DNA of 64,000 nucleotides from NCBI GenBank assembly GCA_037447605.1, contig CM074813.1:434001-498000 (forward strand), written 5' to 3'. Under the pieces are notes generated by a model, which was not told the origin of the DNA, searched no databases, and worked only from the letters and a program-made list of their open reading frames with translations. Both the position numbers and the translations under genes were made by a program. This document shows positions 61,539 to 64,000 of this stretch, one piece after another (position 1 is the stretch's first letter; each line of letters starts with the position of its first letter). This stretch comes from Zygnema circumcarinatum SAG 698-1b (Eukaryota; Plantae; Zygnematophyceae).

Positions 61539-62913
61539 TATGCAGAAGTTGGTAGGACTGAGTGTAAGGCAAGCATAACGACAAAATTGGACGTTGGTTT
61601 CCTGGACGTGGTGGGCGAACGGTCGAAAAGCAGGTTTGGCTACAGCTTGTCGCACTTGCCAAGTGGACCAATCGCCGACAGTCTGGAAGCGTGCTGATTG
61701 CCACGTGGGTGTATGTACGGACGATGAAATCACAGTACGTATGCGCCTGGAGTCGGGCAGGCGGCAGGCGCAGCTCACATGTGCGAGAGCTATTTCATGG
61801 AAGCTCTACCGACAATCTAAGCAGTTGACAAAGACATATATATATATATAATTTTTTTTCCAAAACGAAAAAAAATGTAAAAGATGTGGCATTCATCTCA
61901 CGAAGCAGTTGATTGACATTTTCCTTTGGTTCCTCTTCCTTTGATTTTATCCATGTACATTTTATGGCCTCGCCATCGTGAGGTCTATGGTTGATTGAGG
62001 AATGTAAAAGAAGGAAGAAAGAATGCTTCGCCAGAATGTTTCTTTTTTTCTGGTGCAAAGCTTCATTCGATGACCCGCGGAACTGCACAGGTCGAACCAC
62101 TGGATTTGCAACCATTTGTACCGGCCAATGGTTGCAGTCATTGACAATGGCTGGCCACGATTAGCAACAGCCATTGGCAAGGTCGCCAACCATTGCCAAT
62201 GGGCAGCTGCGCTCACAGCCATTCATCCCATCGTTGATCCACGGTTCAAACTACGTGATAGGAAACGGCAGGTTTTGTATTTTGTTTCCGAGCGAGATGG
62301 GACGGCATGGCAAGTGTCCGCAGTTTTGTAAATTTGGTTGTTATACCGGGACTATTGAAAGGTCCGCATATGTTAGAAATCACGACTGCAGCTTTCAGCG
62401 AGTCAAAAAAAACAAGCAAATTCCCACAAGCCTCAGATCATCCATTAAATTTTGATAGCATTTTGAGTCAATTTATCATAAATAAACTGGATGAAGTTTT
62501 CCATAACAAACCTACGAGTTAAAACAACAAGATAGGACGAGTTGTCGGACCATCAAATGCAGCTCCTTCAAGAACTCCAACAAAGCATTCTCCATCACCC
62601 TCAGCTGCGGCTTGCAGTTTGTAATTCGTCAGTTTCCGGTTTGTAGTTTATGGTTTGCTGCCACGGGGATTCACACACCCATCGCCGCACTCCAAATTCT
62701 CAAAACGCTACATGTGAGTCAGTCACTAAAAAGCAGCACTTTTTCACCTGAAAAAATCACCGCCCTACCACTTCATCTCTTTCATCCCCCGCCTTCCCCC
62801 CCCCCTCCCAACCACTCCCCCTCTCCTCCGCTTGCACTCGCTCTTCCCTATTAAGCCCACCCCTGCCCGCTCCTTCTCTCTCTCTCTCTCACTCTCTTTC
62901 CCTCACACTGCCG

Positions 62914-64000
62914 CTATCTGGCAGCCTGCTCTGCCACCTGATTAGCTCCATTCGGCCCACTTGAAGGCCCCCCAGGAGCCCCGTTTTCTGCAGAGGGGGG
63001 ATTCCCCCACTTCCCCTCCGCTTCCAGCGGCTCGACGACCTGCACTCCGCCATCGCTAAGGCCGAGGGCGAACTGGTGCGGCTCCGAAGGGTGGGCCGCG
63101 ATCACCAGAGGATACACGGAACCGCTGGATAGCACGGAGAGCAGTTCGAAATCAGTTGCAGACCAGAACCGTAGGGAGCATGCAGAGGCTCTTCAAAAAA
63201 ATACAGCTTTGGACGGGGGGAGGACATCTGGACTTGAGCCTCAAGGAGGGAGAGGCAGAGGGGAGGAGGTGGTCGGGGGTTGGGGGAGAGAAGGAAAGAG
63301 AGTGAGCGAAGAGAGAGAGAGAGAGGGACATGGAGAGAGAGAGAAAGAGAGAGATAGGGACAGGGACAGGGGGGGAGAGAGAAATGAATGTACAGCAGAG
63401 CACTCACTTGTTCGAATTTGGTGGGACATATATTGAGGGCGATATTCTGCAGCGCGGCCTTAAGGAATCGGCATCAAACACGCAGAGGCTGCCGTCCTGG
63501 AAGCCGGCGAAAACTAAGGAGCTATCGCAGGAGTAGGTCGCCGCCGTGATGGGCGCTGAGAGAGGCCCCGACTCCTTAGGGACCCACTGCAGGGAGACAG
63601 CAACCCACTCTCTCTACACATTAGCTTTTGCTGCACACCACATGTACCCTTTCCGTTTACCGTTACTCACTCTATGGATTCTTATCGCCCCAAACCCCCG
63701 TTCCCCCGCCCTCTCTTCCCCCTTTTCTCTCCCTTCCCACTTTCCCTCCCAACCCCCTCCTACTCCCTCCCTACTTTCCCTCCCTCTTCCTCGCCCCTCA
63801 CCGTCTCTCCCTTCTACCCTCTCCCTTCTCCTTCCACCGTCTCCCTCCCTCTCCCTCCCTCCCCCTCCCTCTCCCTCCCTCTCCCTCCCCTCACCTGGCG
63901 CATCCTCTCGAGCTTGGCCGCGTCGTAGATGGCGAGCTGCGCCTCGTGCACCACGAGGAGGTGCATCTGGTCGTTGTGGAAGGCCACGCGCGTGTCCGCC
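62914..64000 (-). CDS. TPL: TOPLESS/TPR corepressor, C-terminal three exons (5' part outside window)
   Basis: Exons >64000-63895 (DTRVAFHNDQMHLLVVHEAQLAIYD), 63586-63408 (APITAATYSCDSSLVFAGFQDG), 63124-62914 (VYPLVIAAHPSEPHQFALGLSDGGVQVVEPLEAEGKWG). Confidence 0.92.

Larger units (their letters stand above)
55690..61845 (-). repeat. Right arm of inverted duplication (includes gap-bounded duplicated segments and a MITE)
   Basis: Reverse complement of 33530-37591 plus 55118-55370. Confidence 0.88.

Overview
Eukaryotic, intron-rich, plant-lineage genomic DNA. A streptophyte alga such as a zygnematophyte is my inference, based on plant-type MED33/SCC3/TOPLESS genes, TTTAGGG repeats and GA/CT-rich introns. 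The scaffold has several N gaps. From left to right: (1) 3' part of MED33 (+, to 4013). (2) A repeat/hairpin-rich spacer, a poorly supported hypothetical gene, a (GAT)n tract and a 5'-truncated 5S rRNA copy. (3) A 21-exon + strand gene (12535-25943) whose exon phases join an N-terminal HUA2-like PWWP domain through an acidic linker to a full SCC3/STAG cohesin subunit. (4) Three copies of a 7-exon gene for a secreted Ole-e-I-like + Root-cap-domain protein. Copies 2 and 3 are near-identical and sit tail-to-tail in the arms of a >4 kb inverted duplication. (5) A 17.5 kb nest of LTR retroelements inserted next to the palindrome centre. It comprises a half-tRNA-primed Copia with TG...TA LTRs, a second Copia lacking its 5' LTR but keeping its TSD, three related solo LTRs, a 130 bp mini-LTR carrying a tRNA-derived sequence, and a chromovirus with an extra ~145 aa domain between Gag and protease resembling a degenerate N6-adenine methyltransferase. 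(6) A TA-flanked MITE whose empty site is visible in the other arm. (7) The 3' end of a TOPLESS-family gene (-). No CRISPR or prokaryotic features. All gene models and alignments were done by eye and need RNA-seq/HMM confirmation.
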